Part shown: positions 39,774 through 50,470 of the stretch, piece by piece
Layout: the number at the start of each line of letters is the position of its first letter
How positions within the stretch are numbered: the stretch's first letter is position 1
From: an uncultured delta proteobacterium
GTDB taxonomy: Bacteria; Desulfobacterota; Binatia; UBA9968
Direction of reading: 5' to 3'
NCBI GenBank assembly: GCA_963745835.1
Contig: CAVUZH010000013.1
Location: forward strand, 256,001 to 320,000
Length of the DNA: 64,000 nucleotides
Program-made: the position numbers and the translations under genes
The notes under the pieces: generated by a model
The model's database searches: none
What the model was told of the DNA's origin: nothing
What the model saw: only the letters and a program-made list of their open reading frames with translations

Positions 39774-41504
39774 TTAGAGCCGACCGATTTCCGGAGGGAC
39801 TCTACCCTCGATCGCCTCCGGGCGCTCTTTCTCGATCAACAAAACTCGTTGAATAGCAGAAAAGCCCGTTAACACAGCCAACATGATAATCGCCAACACA
39901 CTGACAACCTGCGGCGGTTTTTCCGCCCAAAATTGCAGCAAGACGATGCTGAGCACTTCGGTGCCATATCCGTACAGCAGAATCGGCGTACTAAGATCGC
40001 GGATAGCGATGAAGACAAAGAAGATTGCGCCGGAGAGCATGCCGGGTCTGATCAAGCGCAGTACGACAGACCAAAGCGTTCGCAGCCAACTTGCGCCATG
40101 CACCCGAGCGCAATCCTCAAGTTCTTGGTGAACTTGCACCATCGTGCCACTGAGGGCACGGACGCCGAGCGGTAGCCCTTTGATGATATATGCGATGAAT
40201 AGAATCCAAAGCGACCCATAGAAGATCCACAGTCCGGGAATCGTGAGATATGCCCATAGCATACCGGTAGCCAGCACGATGCCCGGAAGCGTCCACGGTA
40301 GCCAGCTCAGCAGTTCGAGCCATCGTTTGCCCCAAAAATTCAGGCGAGTCGTCACGTAGGCGATAAGCACGGACAAGGTGACGCCGCCTACAGCCGCAAG
40401 GACCGCGAGTATGAGAGTGTTATAGAGCGCTCGCAAAACCATGTCATCTCGAAATGCTTGATAGTAGTGTTTGAGCGTGAAGCTCTCGAACGTGAGCACG
40501 CCGACGCTCGACTGGAGCGATGAAAGCAGAAGTTGGCCGATAGGCAAAACAACCGCAAGTACGATATACAGCGCTCCGAATATAAAAGCGGGCCATCTCC
40601 AGTGTTTTAGACGCACGAGCCTGGGATTGTAGCCTTTTCCGGTTATGGTGAAGTACTGGCGATCGCCTTGAATGCGCCATTGCACATAGACCATGGCGAA
40701 CGTCAGTAGCACAATAGTTATTCCGAGAGCCGTTGCGACGCCGTATCGCGCCGGCTCAAAAAAGGTTATGGCGCGGTAGATTTCATTCGTGAACACATAG
40801 ATTCCTGCGGGTGTGCCGATTAAGACAGGCACCTCAAATGCCTCGATGCCTTGAATGAACGACAAGATGAAAGCGCCGCCAATCGCCGGAGCGACAAGCG
40901 GAAGGGTCACTCGTACGAGCGTTTCCAAAGTGCCTGCGCCGCACGTACGCGCGCTTTCCTCGAGGGACGGGTCTAACGCTCGAAACGCTCCGTAAGTTAG
41001 GAGGAAGATGAACGCCGTGGACCCTAGCGCCATAACAAAAATCATCCCGGTATACGAGTAGAGGTTGAAAGGCGCCGATTCCAAACCGAACGCGCCCATG
41101 AACAGTTGATTGACGATGCCGCTATGGGGATTGAGCAGCATGAGATAAGCCAGAGCGTTGAAGATCGCCGGAATAAAGAACTGAACCGGTATGAGCACCT
41201 CCATAGTGCGGCGCAATGGAACATCGGTCCGAGTAACCAGCCATGCGAGAACAACTCCCCAAATGGTGGCTAGGGTGGTCTTCACAAACGACAGGAAGAA
41301 ACTATTGGCAATGACTTTATAGGTGTACGGCGAACTGAACGCATCGATATAGGCCGAGAGCGAAAGCCGGCCGGGCATCCCTGGAGGCGCCCCCCAGATG
41401 CTACCGACGAACAACATCAGAAAAGGCGGCAAGACTAGAAAGGCAACCAAGATCAATAGACCGGTAGCCAGTACGGTTCTCAGGCGAATCACGAAGTTTT
41501 TCAA
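39774..41504 (-). CDS. ABC transporter permease (FbpB-like, duplicated domain)
   Basis: Two EAA-type loops (LEESARTCGA; LEDCARVHGA); many transmembrane segments. Confidence 0.93.
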   Translation of the reverse strand: MKNFVIRLRTVLATGLLILVAFLVLPPFLMLFVGSIWGAPPGMPGRLSLSAYIDAFSSPYTYKVIANSFFLSFVKTTLATIWGVVLAWLVTRTDVPLRRTMEVLIPVQFFIPAIFNALAYLMLLNPHSGIVNQLFMGAFGLESAPFNLYSYTGMIFVMALGSTAFIFLLTYGAFRALDPSLEESARTCGAGTLETLVRVTLPLVAPAIGGAFILSFIQGIEAFEVPVLIGTPAGIYVFTNEIYRAITFFEPARYGVATALGITIVLLTFAMVYVQWRIQGDRQYFTITGKGYNPRLVRLKHWRWPAFIFGALYIVLAVVLPIGQLLLSSLQSSVGVLTFESFTLKHYYQAFRDDMVLRALYNTLILAVLAAVGGVTLSVLIAYVTTRLNFWGKRWLELLSWLPWTLPGIVLATGMLWAYLTIPGLWIFYGSLWILFIAYIIKGLPLGVRALSGTMVQVHQELEDCARVHGASWLRTLWSVVLRLIRPGMLSGAIFFVFIAIRDLSTPILLYGYGTEVLSIVLLQFWAEKPPQVVSVLAIIMLAVLTGFSAIQRVLLIEKERPEAIEGRVPPEIGRL

Positions 41505-41570
41505 AAAGTACCGGCATCAACAGAATTCAAAAAACTACTCTGTTGATCACACGGTCCTGAGAATACCGAT

Positions 41571-42662
41571 TTAGCGGACGCCGTAAATGGCTTCGGACAA
41601 GCGATACAATTTGTCTCGTTCTTCTCGAGAGTCGGTGCCCGCGAAAGGGAGCAATCGGACCTTGTCAATTGACCATTCCTCGCGGGCCGCTTTCACGCCT
41701 GTCCTGGCGGGAGTAACATTCTGCGCGGCGGCAATGCGCTGAAACTCTTCCGAGAGCGTAAACTCCAGAAGCAACTTTGCGGCGTTTGGCCTGGGAGCAT
41801 TCTTTACCAAAGAAGTGGCCATAATGCTGTGCGTGGCTCCTTCAGGCAGGGGTAGCCATTTCACTGGAGAACCCGCATACTCCACTAAAGCTTCGGCATC
41901 CACCGGAAAGCCGATGGCAAATTCGCCTTGGGCAACGCGCGAAGCGATCTGTTGATAGGTTCCGGCGCCGAGAAACACCGGCTTGTTTTGAGCGAGCTTG
42001 CGGTGGAAATCTTCCCCGAGTTCCGGCTGAAGCAGTGTGCCGACAAATAGCGCGTGACCTGCGCCGGCGGAGCGCGGATCGTCCATCAGGATTGCGCCCT
42101 TCCATTTAGGATTAGCAAGATCCTTCCAAGACTTTGGCTCGTCTTTGGCGGAGACACGGTTCCGATTTATCAGTATCGATCTTAAGTTCACGTAATGCGG
42201 CGTAAACGGTAACTGCGGCGCGCCGATCATCTTCAAGATATCCGGATGCACGACCTTAAGGGACGGCGGCACCCATCGATCCAGAGCATCGGCACGGAAC
42301 ACATTGGGTAGTGTGATGTCAGCCCCCGCCTGAAGCAGGTCGGCGTTCTGCCTTTTGGTTCGGACTTCTGTTTGTACCCGCTCTCCGACTTCTCTGGCGC
42401 GACCCGTGAGAGCTTCGACTTTGATTCCATAGCGCTCTTCAAAAATAGGTTTTGCTTTATCGAGAATTTCCCGGAACGAGCTCGTTCCGTAAACAACCAC
42501 TTTGCCTTCCTTTTTGGCTGCAGCGATCACTGCATTCCAGTCCCTTTCCTGACCTTCGGCATTCAGCGGCGCGATACTAGCAACAAGAAGCACGGTTAAT
42601 GCCCCAGCACAACGAATTCGCTGAAGGCTTAATCTCACAATGGCACCCACGTTCGCATTCAT
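41571..42662 (-). CDS. ABC extracellular solute-binding protein (Fe3+/thiamine class)
   Basis: AAAKKEGKVVVY, PKSWKDL..PKWKG, APRPNAAKL; in operon with the permease and ATPase. Confidence 0.9.
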   Translation of the reverse strand: MNANVGAIVRLSLQRIRCAGALTVLLVASIAPLNAEGQERDWNAVIAAAKKEGKVVVYGTSSFREILDKAKPIFEERYGIKVEALTGRAREVGERVQTEVRTKRQNADLLQAGADITLPNVFRADALDRWVPPSLKVVHPDILKMIGAPQLPFTPHYVNLRSILINRNRVSAKDEPKSWKDLANPKWKGAILMDDPRSAGAGHALFVGTLLQPELGEDFHRKLAQNKPVFLGAGTYQQIASRVAQGEFAIGFPVDAEALVEYAGSPVKWLPLPEGATHSIMATSLVKNAPRPNAAKLLLEFTLSEEFQRIAAAQNVTPARTGVKAAREEWSIDKVRLLPFAGTDSREERDKLYRLSEAIYGVR

Positions 42663-42865
42663 TTTGCTTATTTCCTCTCGACAAGTTTAACGGAGATTTA
42701 GGCGCGCTCACAAATATATGAATATGGTACAACCTTCAAATAGATTATCCACCGAAGCAAATTAACCTAAGAGCGTGAAATGGTGTAAGCCGAACGCGAA
42801 ACTGTGTCCATCGACACAGCCGGACTTTGTGATCTTTGCCCGCTTTGCGCGAAATTTTTTGATGT

Positions 42866-45700
42866 TCATCCTTCATCCTTTTTTAAATAATAGGCCTCTA
42901 ACGCCGGCTTGTATGAGCGGGGCAGCCAGTAAGGGCGGCGCAGATTGTCCGGCCCCGGTGCGGGGCGGGTTTTCAGCAGCCACTTTTTGTAGACCTCGTG
43001 GGATTTGTTGGTATCGACGAAAACGTCGCCATACTTGTCACCGGCGCCGGGTTTTGTGACGCGGACCTTTTGATGCCAGCAGTGCTGGCCGCTGATGAAG
43101 TCCGGCTGTACCGGGAACGTCAGATTCTGATGTACGCCGCCGTCTTGCCAAAAAATTCTTTCCGAATCGGGATCCTCGCTTTTGAAAGGTTGCACGCCGT
43201 GAACGTGGCGCATTAACCATTTGCCCGGTTCTGTTTGTTGTAAGTCGACCAACGCGGTGGACCAGCGTTCGCCGCCGGAATTTTCCTGCAATCGCCAGCG
43301 ACCGAGATGATGAGAACACGCGATCACACCGGGCTTGATCCCTTCCGTCACCCAGACTTTGTCGACAAAGTAGCCAATTTCGGTGTTGATCTTAAGAAGA
43401 TCGCCGGTTTTAACGTCAAGAACTTCCGCGTCTTTGGAATTGAGCCAGATCGGGTTGCGATGAGAAATTTCATACAACCATTTGGCGTTACCGGAACGGG
43501 TATGGATCAAGGTCGGCAAACGGAATGTCGGCAACAACAACATCTCACCGGCATTAAAATCGATATTGTCGGGGTGAACGTGGCTTTTGATGTAACCCGG
43601 GATTGCGTATTCCGGCCAGCTCCAATCTTTTAATGTTTTTGAAAAGAACTCCAATTTGCGCGATGGTGTCGGAAAACCGGCGCATGCTCTGCCATCGATT
43701 TCTACGCCCAGAGCAACGCCGTTCTTGGCGACGATGCTTGTGGCCGGATCGATTGTGGCTCCTTCCATGTCCTGCGGCTTGATCCCTGTCTCATGAACAT
43801 TGTAAACGTCGTCTTCGATCAAGAAGGCGCCGAACCTACGCATGTACTCTAGCGGCGTCAATCCTTGTTGTTCCGCGGCCGCGGGAAGGCCGGGGACGCT
43901 GTTCTCAAAAATCCAACGATAGTAATCGTCCACCGTCATCTTTTTACCCGGCTCGTACGGTGATTCGAAATACTTTCGAATGCCGAGAGATCCGTCGGGA
44001 TCAACCCGCCATGAGAGTTCGATCCAAAATTCGTCTTCTTCCCAAACCTCACCAAGCCCAGCTTCGGCATGGGCCTGGTAGGTAAAATCGAATTTTTTAC
44101 CTTCTTTTTCTAAAGCCACTCTCAACACCGGTTGGCGAAAGCCAATCCAGCGCGCGGCCTGGGTTTCCTGGGACATGAGATCGTGCCGTTCGGACGCATG
44201 GCCCATGGGCAGAACGTAATCGGCAAACCAGGCAGTCTCGCTCCACGTTGGTGTCAAACATGCATGACGTTCGACTTTACTTTCATCAGTAAGCATTTCG
44301 ATCCAGCTCATGCCGTCGGGATTGGTCCAAACAGGGTTGTAGACGCGGGTAAAGTACATCGCCAGTTTGCCGCGACCTTCTTTGATGAAATGGGGCAGGA
44401 GAAAACTCATCTCGAAAAACGCCAGCGGATACTCCCGCGGCAGTAGCAGCTCGTTCCAGACTTTTGCCGGCGGCGGCATCAACGGCGGCGCAGGTATGTA
44501 CTTATTGGTGGCATTTGGCGCCGTGCCGCCCGGAGTTCCTACAGCCCCGACGAGCACCACCAGAAACTGCAGCGCGCGCGCCACCTGCCAACCGCCAAGA
44601 TTGCCGGCGGCGGCATTGCGCCACACGTGCGACGAAAACGCCGAGCCCGCGCGAGCGATTTCATGGGCGACTTCGACGAGAACTTGGGGATCGACACCGG
44701 CTTCTTTAGCGGCAAACTCGGGCGTGTAAGCGGCGTAGATCTGCTTCAAGACTGATACAAAGGAGAGGAACGTCTGGGGCTTGTCGGGATGCTCATGACG
44801 CAAATACTCCTCCCAATTGACCCATCTCCTGACAAAGTCACGATCGAAGAGATCTTCCTGCAGGAGAACATTGCACAGCGCGAGAAGAATCGCCGCCTCG
44901 CTGCCCGGCCACGATGACAGCCAGTAGTCTGCTTTCGACGCCGTATTGGATAGCCGTGTATCGATCACACAGATCTTGGCGCCACGCTCCTTGCCTTCGA
45001 TGATGCGCTGGGCGTGCGGATTGAAATAATGTCCGGTTTCAAGATGAGAGCTGAGCAACAGCATGAAGCGAGCATTGGCGTGATCCGGCGAAGGCCGGTC
45101 GATGCCCGACCACAAGGCATAGCCGGCGCGAGCGCCGGCTGAGCAGACGTTGGTGTGGCTGTTATGGCCGTCGATGCCCCACGAATGTAAGATCCGCTGA
45201 TGGTAGAGCAATTCGTGACCCGGTCTGCCGACGTGGTACATAATTTCGTTGCGGCGCTCTTCTTGAAGCGCTTTGCGCACCCGCGCCGCAATATCATCGA
45301 GAACTTCGTCCCATGAGACCCGTTCCCATTTGCCTTCGCCTCGTTTGCCAACCCGCCTGAGTGGATACTTGATGCGTTCCGGATCGGTCACTTGATTAAG
45401 AGTTGCCGGACCTTTGGCGCAGTTGCGTCCTCTGCTGCCGGGATGTTCAGGATTACCTTCGAAGCGTCGAATACGATGGCTGTCTTTCTCGACGATCGCG
45501 ACCAGACCGCAAGCCGCCTCGCAATTAAAACAGATGGTCGGAATGATCCGGCAGTGTTTCTCAACTTTTCTTGGCCATTGGGCGGTGTCGTATTCCACCC
45601 AATCGTCCCATTTCTCGACAGCGGGAAAATTGGCCAGCCCGCTACTCGCGCGTTCGAGGTTGGCTGCAGCCGGATGAAGTGGGGTACGAGTGTCATTCAT
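42866..45700 (-). CDS. DMSO-reductase-family molybdopterin oxidoreductase catalytic subunit (Psr/Ttr-like, no Tat signal)
   Basis: CFNCEAAC...C 4Fe-4S motif; HTNVCS putative Cys ligand; HTRS; C-terminal molybdopterin dinucleotide domain. Confidence 0.9.
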   Translation of the reverse strand: MNDTRTPLHPAAANLERASSGLANFPAVEKWDDWVEYDTAQWPRKVEKHCRIIPTICFNCEAACGLVAIVEKDSHRIRRFEGNPEHPGSRGRNCAKGPATLNQVTDPERIKYPLRRVGKRGEGKWERVSWDEVLDDIAARVRKALQEERRNEIMYHVGRPGHELLYHQRILHSWGIDGHNSHTNVCSAGARAGYALWSGIDRPSPDHANARFMLLLSSHLETGHYFNPHAQRIIEGKERGAKICVIDTRLSNTASKADYWLSSWPGSEAAILLALCNVLLQEDLFDRDFVRRWVNWEEYLRHEHPDKPQTFLSFVSVLKQIYAAYTPEFAAKEAGVDPQVLVEVAHEIARAGSAFSSHVWRNAAAGNLGGWQVARALQFLVVLVGAVGTPGGTAPNATNKYIPAPPLMPPPAKVWNELLLPREYPLAFFEMSFLLPHFIKEGRGKLAMYFTRVYNPVWTNPDGMSWIEMLTDESKVERHACLTPTWSETAWFADYVLPMGHASERHDLMSQETQAARWIGFRQPVLRVALEKEGKKFDFTYQAHAEAGLGEVWEEDEFWIELSWRVDPDGSLGIRKYFESPYEPGKKMTVDDYYRWIFENSVPGLPAAAEQQGLTPLEYMRRFGAFLIEDDVYNVHETGIKPQDMEGATIDPATSIVAKNGVALGVEIDGRACAGFPTPSRKLEFFSKTLKDWSWPEYAIPGYIKSHVHPDNIDFNAGEMLLLPTFRLPTLIHTRSGNAKWLYEISHRNPIWLNSKDAEVLDVKTGDLLKINTEIGYFVDKVWVTEGIKPGVIACSHHLGRWRLQENSGGERWSTALVDLQQTEPGKWLMRHVHGVQPFKSEDPDSERIFWQDGGVHQNLTFPVQPDFISGQHCWHQKVRVTKPGAGDKYGDVFVDTNKSHEVYKKWLLKTRPAPGPDNLRRPYWLPRSYKPALEAYYLKKDEG

Positions 45701-45712
45701 TTGAAATCCTTC

Positions 45713-47236
45713 TTAGCTTAAGGGTAGCGCCTGGCCCGCCTTGATCCACAGATGCTCGTACATCCACAAGCCAAACAGCGCCAAAACTGCGGCGATCACA
45801 TTCGGGAACACCGAACCTATCGGCAATAGGATCAACAGCACCGGCAGGATGGTGCCGAGCCCGATCACGAATATCCAAAATGATTTTCGCAGCGCTCCTT
45901 TGGTCAACAATTCGCCCGCTCGCACTGCGTCGTCGGCGCCATGCTTCAAAAACAGCTCGGCAAAAATCATCCCGACGCTGACGAGCAGCGAGATCACGAG
46001 CAAGTTAGCCAGCCAGTAAAACATCGGCACGGTGACTCCGGTAAAAACGCCCACCAAAGTAAGCATCGCCGCGCCGGCTATGATCGCCTGCGCCAGCAGA
46101 TGCCAAAACAGCAGCGGACTTTGCCAGAAATCTCTTCCCCGAGCCTGAGCGAAGAGAAATGCCGAATACCCAGCTGAGGCGATCGCAAATAACGCCGCCG
46201 CCCAGATCACGACGTTGGAGACAGTGCCGGTGAGAACTCTTTGCCCCAGCCATAACGCTGCCAAAGCTCCGAAAATCATCAGGACATAGCCGCCTAATGT
46301 TAACCACGAGTTCAAATTGGGTTTAGTCAGCAAGAAAAAAAACCGCGACGGTTTTTTGAGATCGAATACCAGCAGCAACATCGTCGCAGTAAGAAAAATT
46401 AACGAAATGATCGGGCTGAAGAAATTCAGAACCAACTCGTCGTGTTGGAAACCCATGTTCAAAAACAACGTCGAGAGTAGCAGCACACCCGCGGCAATGG
46501 ATTTGGTCCAAAGGTAGGTCGCGATCTTTTTCCCCCAGGGAATCATATGCGGCACGTCGTAGACCTCGCGGGCGCCGCCCGGGACCGGCCTGTCGGCTCT
46601 GCCACTGCCTAATGCATAAAGGTCTTCGCCAGGCGGCTTCTCCGCCCAGAAATGGCTCGACTGCGGTTCCATCATCGCCGGGGTGAGCAAGTCGCCCTCA
46701 ACGCCGGCGTAGAAGAGTTTTGGTTTCGTCCCTTTCTCCGGCTTGCGAACCGTGACTTTGTCCATGGCGATGCGCCGGCTGATATCGCTCTGCGGATCGT
46801 CGAGATCTCCCGACAGGATCGCTTGCGTCGGACACACCACTTCGCAAGCGGGCTTATAGCCCATCTCGACTCGAGATGCGTCGAAGTTACACTTAGCCGC
46901 CGTGTTACGATCCGGATCGATATAAAGCGCGTCGTAGGGGCATGCTTGCATGCAGGATTTGCAACCGATGCAGCGCTCGTGGTCGAAGTCGACAATGCCG
47001 TCGGGCCGGCGAAAAAGTGCCACGGTCGGGCAGATCTCGATGCACGGCGCATCGTCACAGTGATTGCAGCGAAGCACGGCAAAGTGGCGCCGGGTTTCTG
47101 GATAAACCCCTTTTTCGACGTACTTCACCCAAGTCCGGTTCACTCCGACGGCAATATTGTGTTCTTCCTTGCATGCCACCGTGCAGGCATGACAACCGAT
47201 GCAACGGTTCTGATCGATGACAAATCCGTAGCGCAT
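45713..47236 (-). CDS. Fused 4Fe-4S ferredoxin (PsrB/NrfC-like) and NrfD/PsrC membrane anchor
   Basis: CIGCHACTVAC, CNHCDDAPC..ICP, CIGCKSCMQACPY, then NrfD-type helices (WGKKIATYLW, DLKKPSRF). Confidence 0.9.
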   Translation of the reverse strand: MRYGFVIDQNRCIGCHACTVACKEEHNIAVGVNRTWVKYVEKGVYPETRRHFAVLRCNHCDDAPCIEICPTVALFRRPDGIVDFDHERCIGCKSCMQACPYDALYIDPDRNTAAKCNFDASRVEMGYKPACEVVCPTQAILSGDLDDPQSDISRRIAMDKVTVRKPEKGTKPKLFYAGVEGDLLTPAMMEPQSSHFWAEKPPGEDLYALGSGRADRPVPGGAREVYDVPHMIPWGKKIATYLWTKSIAAGVLLLSTLFLNMGFQHDELVLNFFSPIISLIFLTATMLLLVFDLKKPSRFFFLLTKPNLNSWLTLGGYVLMIFGALAALWLGQRVLTGTVSNVVIWAAALFAIASAGYSAFLFAQARGRDFWQSPLLFWHLLAQAIIAGAAMLTLVGVFTGVTVPMFYWLANLLVISLLVSVGMIFAELFLKHGADDAVRAGELLTKGALRKSFWIFVIGLGTILPVLLILLPIGSVFPNVIAAVLALFGLWMYEHLWIKAGQALPLS

Positions 47237-47786
47237 TGAGAACCTTTCTAGTGAATTCGGAGAAAAGGTGGCCGCGTAGCTTGATTTTGATAGCAGAGAA
47301 ATTCGCAAAGCGTCAACCGCTTAGCAAAGATATCGAGTAAATGAACTCCTGCGTTAATTTTTTCGGGTCGAAAATGCCGGAGGGATGATATCTTCGTTGT
47401 CCTTCCCGCCCAATCACGCCCCAGCCATCCCACGCTCGTTTCGTGCAGGCTTCAGCTGTCCAAAACAATTCTCCATTATCTAAGTTCTCGCTTGAGAAGT
47501 GAGCATTGAAAGACGAATAAACCAGCGGTAATTTTCGCAGCATTTGGGCAAACGAAAGAGACGGACTACAGGGGACAAAGAGCAAAAAATCAAAATAGCA
47601 ATCAAACGATTCTTGTACGGCATCTCAATATCCGTAGCTCTCTACCCGTCAATTCGAAGACGGCTTTGCAATGAGTGTCACTATAAGTCTCTTTCCTAAT
47701 CGCGGCCAAGAGATTCGGATCAGACTCGCGTTGTCACGGGCTCGGCACGAATGACATTACAGATACGTTGAATCGATGAGACGATA

Positions 47787-48350
47787 CTAGATCCCAGTCC
47801 CATAATTGTACAGCTCAGCTGATACGGAACGGACGTCTATGTCGTAAAGTCTGTAAATATTCATACGGCCAAGTGGCGGCACGTATACGTGTAACGAAAT
47901 CGCGTCACACCGTCCTGGCTGAAGGTTCGAAACCTGATGAATGGTGGACGGCTCTTCAATCTGAACGTCACCCGATTGGTAGTCAGTTGATGCCACCGGC
48001 TTAATCATTCCGTTAAGGGCTGGCGTAAATAGACTTTCAGTTAGTATACCTCGAATTATTTTTACGCCGCCCAAAGAATCTCCATGATCATGAATCAGAG
48101 ATCTTTGACCACTTTTCCAACAAATCATCAAAATCTCAAATTGCTTATCCCTCACGACTATGTTTCTCGAATAACGATCCTCACTAAAGGACGCATGCTC
48201 AGATATCTCCTCTTCTGTAACGATCAACCTCTGGAGTACTTCGATCATTCTAGAACGCGTCATGACAGAGACATCTCTTTTCAGTAGTCCAATCAAATCT
48301 GTTAGTGAAAGTTTCGCAGTCGATTCGTAAGCCATTTTCAATATCTGCAT
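47787..48350 (-). CDS. Cysteine dioxygenase type I
   Basis: YSRN, CWKSGQRSLIHDHG, IHQVSN, SLHVY..P; visibly AT-richer than flanking genes. Confidence 0.85.
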   Translation of the reverse strand: MQILKMAYESTAKLSLTDLIGLLKRDVSVMTRSRMIEVLQRLIVTEEEISEHASFSEDRYSRNIVVRDKQFEILMICWKSGQRSLIHDHGDSLGGVKIIRGILTESLFTPALNGMIKPVASTDYQSGDVQIEEPSTIHQVSNLQPGRCDAISLHVYVPPLGRMNIYRLYDIDVRSVSAELYNYGTGI

Positions 48351-48469
48351 TTTGGGTGTGCTTTGATCAATTAACTTATTTGATGGTTTCTTAAGCCTAC
48401 GATGTTGCTCCCTTCACGTGTCCTGGGTTCTGGGATGGACTCTCTTAAATTGATATTATAGAATTCGTC

Positions 48470-48925
48470 TTCATGTGATGCGTTCCTCGTTAAAGAGCTT
48501 GCGCAAAACGACGACGCCTTCTCCATTCGTCGCACAAGCTCGTTGACTTTGATTCCCGTCATCGCGTGTTCGAGTGCCTGAACCGGACTCTGCTCGTTCG
48601 GCCCGCCTAGGCAGACCACTAGCCAAGCCCGCCCGTTGGTGATCACGTCCAAACTCGCCCATTGCTGGGCAAAAAGAACCGGGTGCCGATGAACAACCGT
48701 AACCATGCCCCCACGGCCAGGCGCACCTTACTCGTGACGGCCGCAAGTGCGAACAAAAGAGTTACAGATTCAAGTCGAGGTTTGGCCAGCAGACTGTCCC
48801 CAACCCATACCGTGTCGAATACTTCCGAGCTCTCGGCGCGCTGGGCCATGTCAAGGAGATCGCCTACTTTGATTGCACAGATAATGACACGGTTGGCTAA
48901 AGTTAGTCCAAAGGATGTAAAACAT
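48470..48925 (-). pseudogene. LLM-class flavin-dependent oxidoreductase remnant
   Basis: FGLTLANR, VWVGDSLLAKPRLES, RHPVLFAQQWASLDVITNGR spread over three frames; truncated. Confidence 0.75.
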
Positions 48926-49184
48926 CGTTATCCTTATGATTGCTGCCCGTAATTCTCTGGTCTACGGCAGGTCACCCACCAATAGTTTGATCTCACCTAA
49001 ATTAGTACCCATTTCAGTAGGGCGTAGCCACTTGTCAGCCTATTTTCAACGCAGAATCACCCGTTCTTGCGCAAGAGCTGAAAAACGACTTCGTAGACCA
49101 TCGCACGCTCATCTTTTTCATCCTCTGCCCTCAAATGTGTACCCACATTGGTTCCCGACCGCAAAGTTTCTTTTCCTTAAGTGC

Positions 49185-49204
49185 TTTTTTCAGCAGCCTG
49201 CTAG
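49185..49204. repeat. MITE-family terminal sequence
   Basis: ttttttcagcagcctgctag, matching the right end of the 35933-36039 element. Confidence 0.5.
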
Positions 49205-49475
49205 GCTATAAAACTGAAGAACTCGGATTCAAACTGATCAAAGAAGGTGATTTGTTCAAAGCCCAGTCTTACCCAAAACAACAGTATGGAAAAGATATCA
49301 CATATGGTGGGCACTCTTTATATATATCTAACTAAGAAAGGGCAGGTTGTCCATTTTGAAAAAGTGATTTAAGCGCGGCGCGAGACGCGTGGCGAGGCTC
49401 AGGCTTTCTAACCTACAATTCGCTCTGTTTGTTTTTTCAGCCTTGCGCGAGCGCCACTCCGCGATGAACATTTCT

Positions 49476-50447
49476 CTACCGTTGGGCGAAGTAACCAGCC
49501 TGCTCTAAGGCCTTAATCAAACTATGATCAAGAAAATCATTGGGGTTGGTTATCTTGGCGTTGGGGTGTTCGCTTTGCCTTAGAATTTCCGCGATGCCTT
49601 CGTGTGTGGAGTAAGGCGGACGCGCAGTATAGTCCAGACCGTACTGATAGGTAGCTTCCAAAATCTCATCCTCCGTGTCGCGGTTGTATTTTTGCAGAAC
49701 TTTCTTGGCGAAACCCTTGTCGATTACCATTCGGTGGATTCCTTCGGAGTACCCTTTTAAGAAGTTAAGCACGGTTTCTCGATTGGAGTGCAGATAGGAC
49801 CGGCGAGTAAAGATGCTTGAATGGGGAAAATGAACGCCTGCCTGGGCCACATTGATTAGGACTTTAGCCCCGGCTTTCCCGGCCCTGAGATTGGTGGGGG
49901 GGGTAAAGGGTGCGGCGACAATAAGTCTCTTAGAGATTGCCGCCGCCAGCTCCGCCATGCCACCGACTTGCAGAATGTTAACATCTCTGTCCGGATCAAT
50001 TTTGGCATTTCTTAGAATGTAACGGGTGGTGAAGTCCGTCGAAGAACCAAAGCGAGTTACCCCTACAGTCTTACCTTTCAGTTCCGCGACGGACTGTATC
50101 TCCGGCAAGGCCATAAAATAAAAGGCCGGCGCATTGGCTACACCACCGATGATTACCAGGTCAGCACCGGCCAAAGTCGCGTCCACTACCGGTTTGCCTC
50201 CGCCGACTCCAATCGCCAACTCCCCGGCTAGTAGAGCGCTTACGACCATAGACGCACCGGGGATATAAATAAGTCTTACGTCAAGTCCGTATTTTTCGAA
50301 TATCCTTCCCTCCGCAGCTACCCACAGAGCAGTGTGCAGTCCACCCACGGCCGGGTAATTGACGTTCAATCTGACTCGACTGGCCTGAGAAAGGAGAGGC
50401 GCTGGATAGAGAAGAAGAAGAAACGTCACCACAAGGAATCGCATCAT
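49476..50447 (-). CDS. NitT/TauT/NMT1-type substrate-binding protein
   Basis: Signal peptide; IFEKYGLDV; LKGKTVGVTRFGSSTD. Confidence 0.88.
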   Translation of the reverse strand: MMRFLVVTFLLLLYPAPLLSQASRVRLNVNYPAVGGLHTALWVAAEGRIFEKYGLDVRLIYIPGASMVVSALLAGELAIGVGGGKPVVDATLAGADLVIIGGVANAPAFYFMALPEIQSVAELKGKTVGVTRFGSSTDFTTRYILRNAKIDPDRDVNILQVGGMAELAAAISKRLIVAAPFTPPTNLRAGKAGAKVLINVAQAGVHFPHSSIFTRRSYLHSNRETVLNFLKGYSEGIHRMVIDKGFAKKVLQKYNRDTEDEILEATYQYGLDYTARPPYSTHEGIAEILRQSEHPNAKITNPNDFLDHSLIKALEQAGYFAQR

Positions 50448-50470
50448 GGTGCACTCCTTTGTCAGGTGAC

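Noticed and set aside
42866-45700. Selenocysteine formate dehydrogenase
   Set aside because: No internal UGA and no FDH (C/U)H motif; the putative ligand is Cys in HTNVCS.
49135-49335. 66-aa ORF
   Set aside because: It spans a MITE end joined to an AT-rich fragment; at most an unidentifiable gene remnant.
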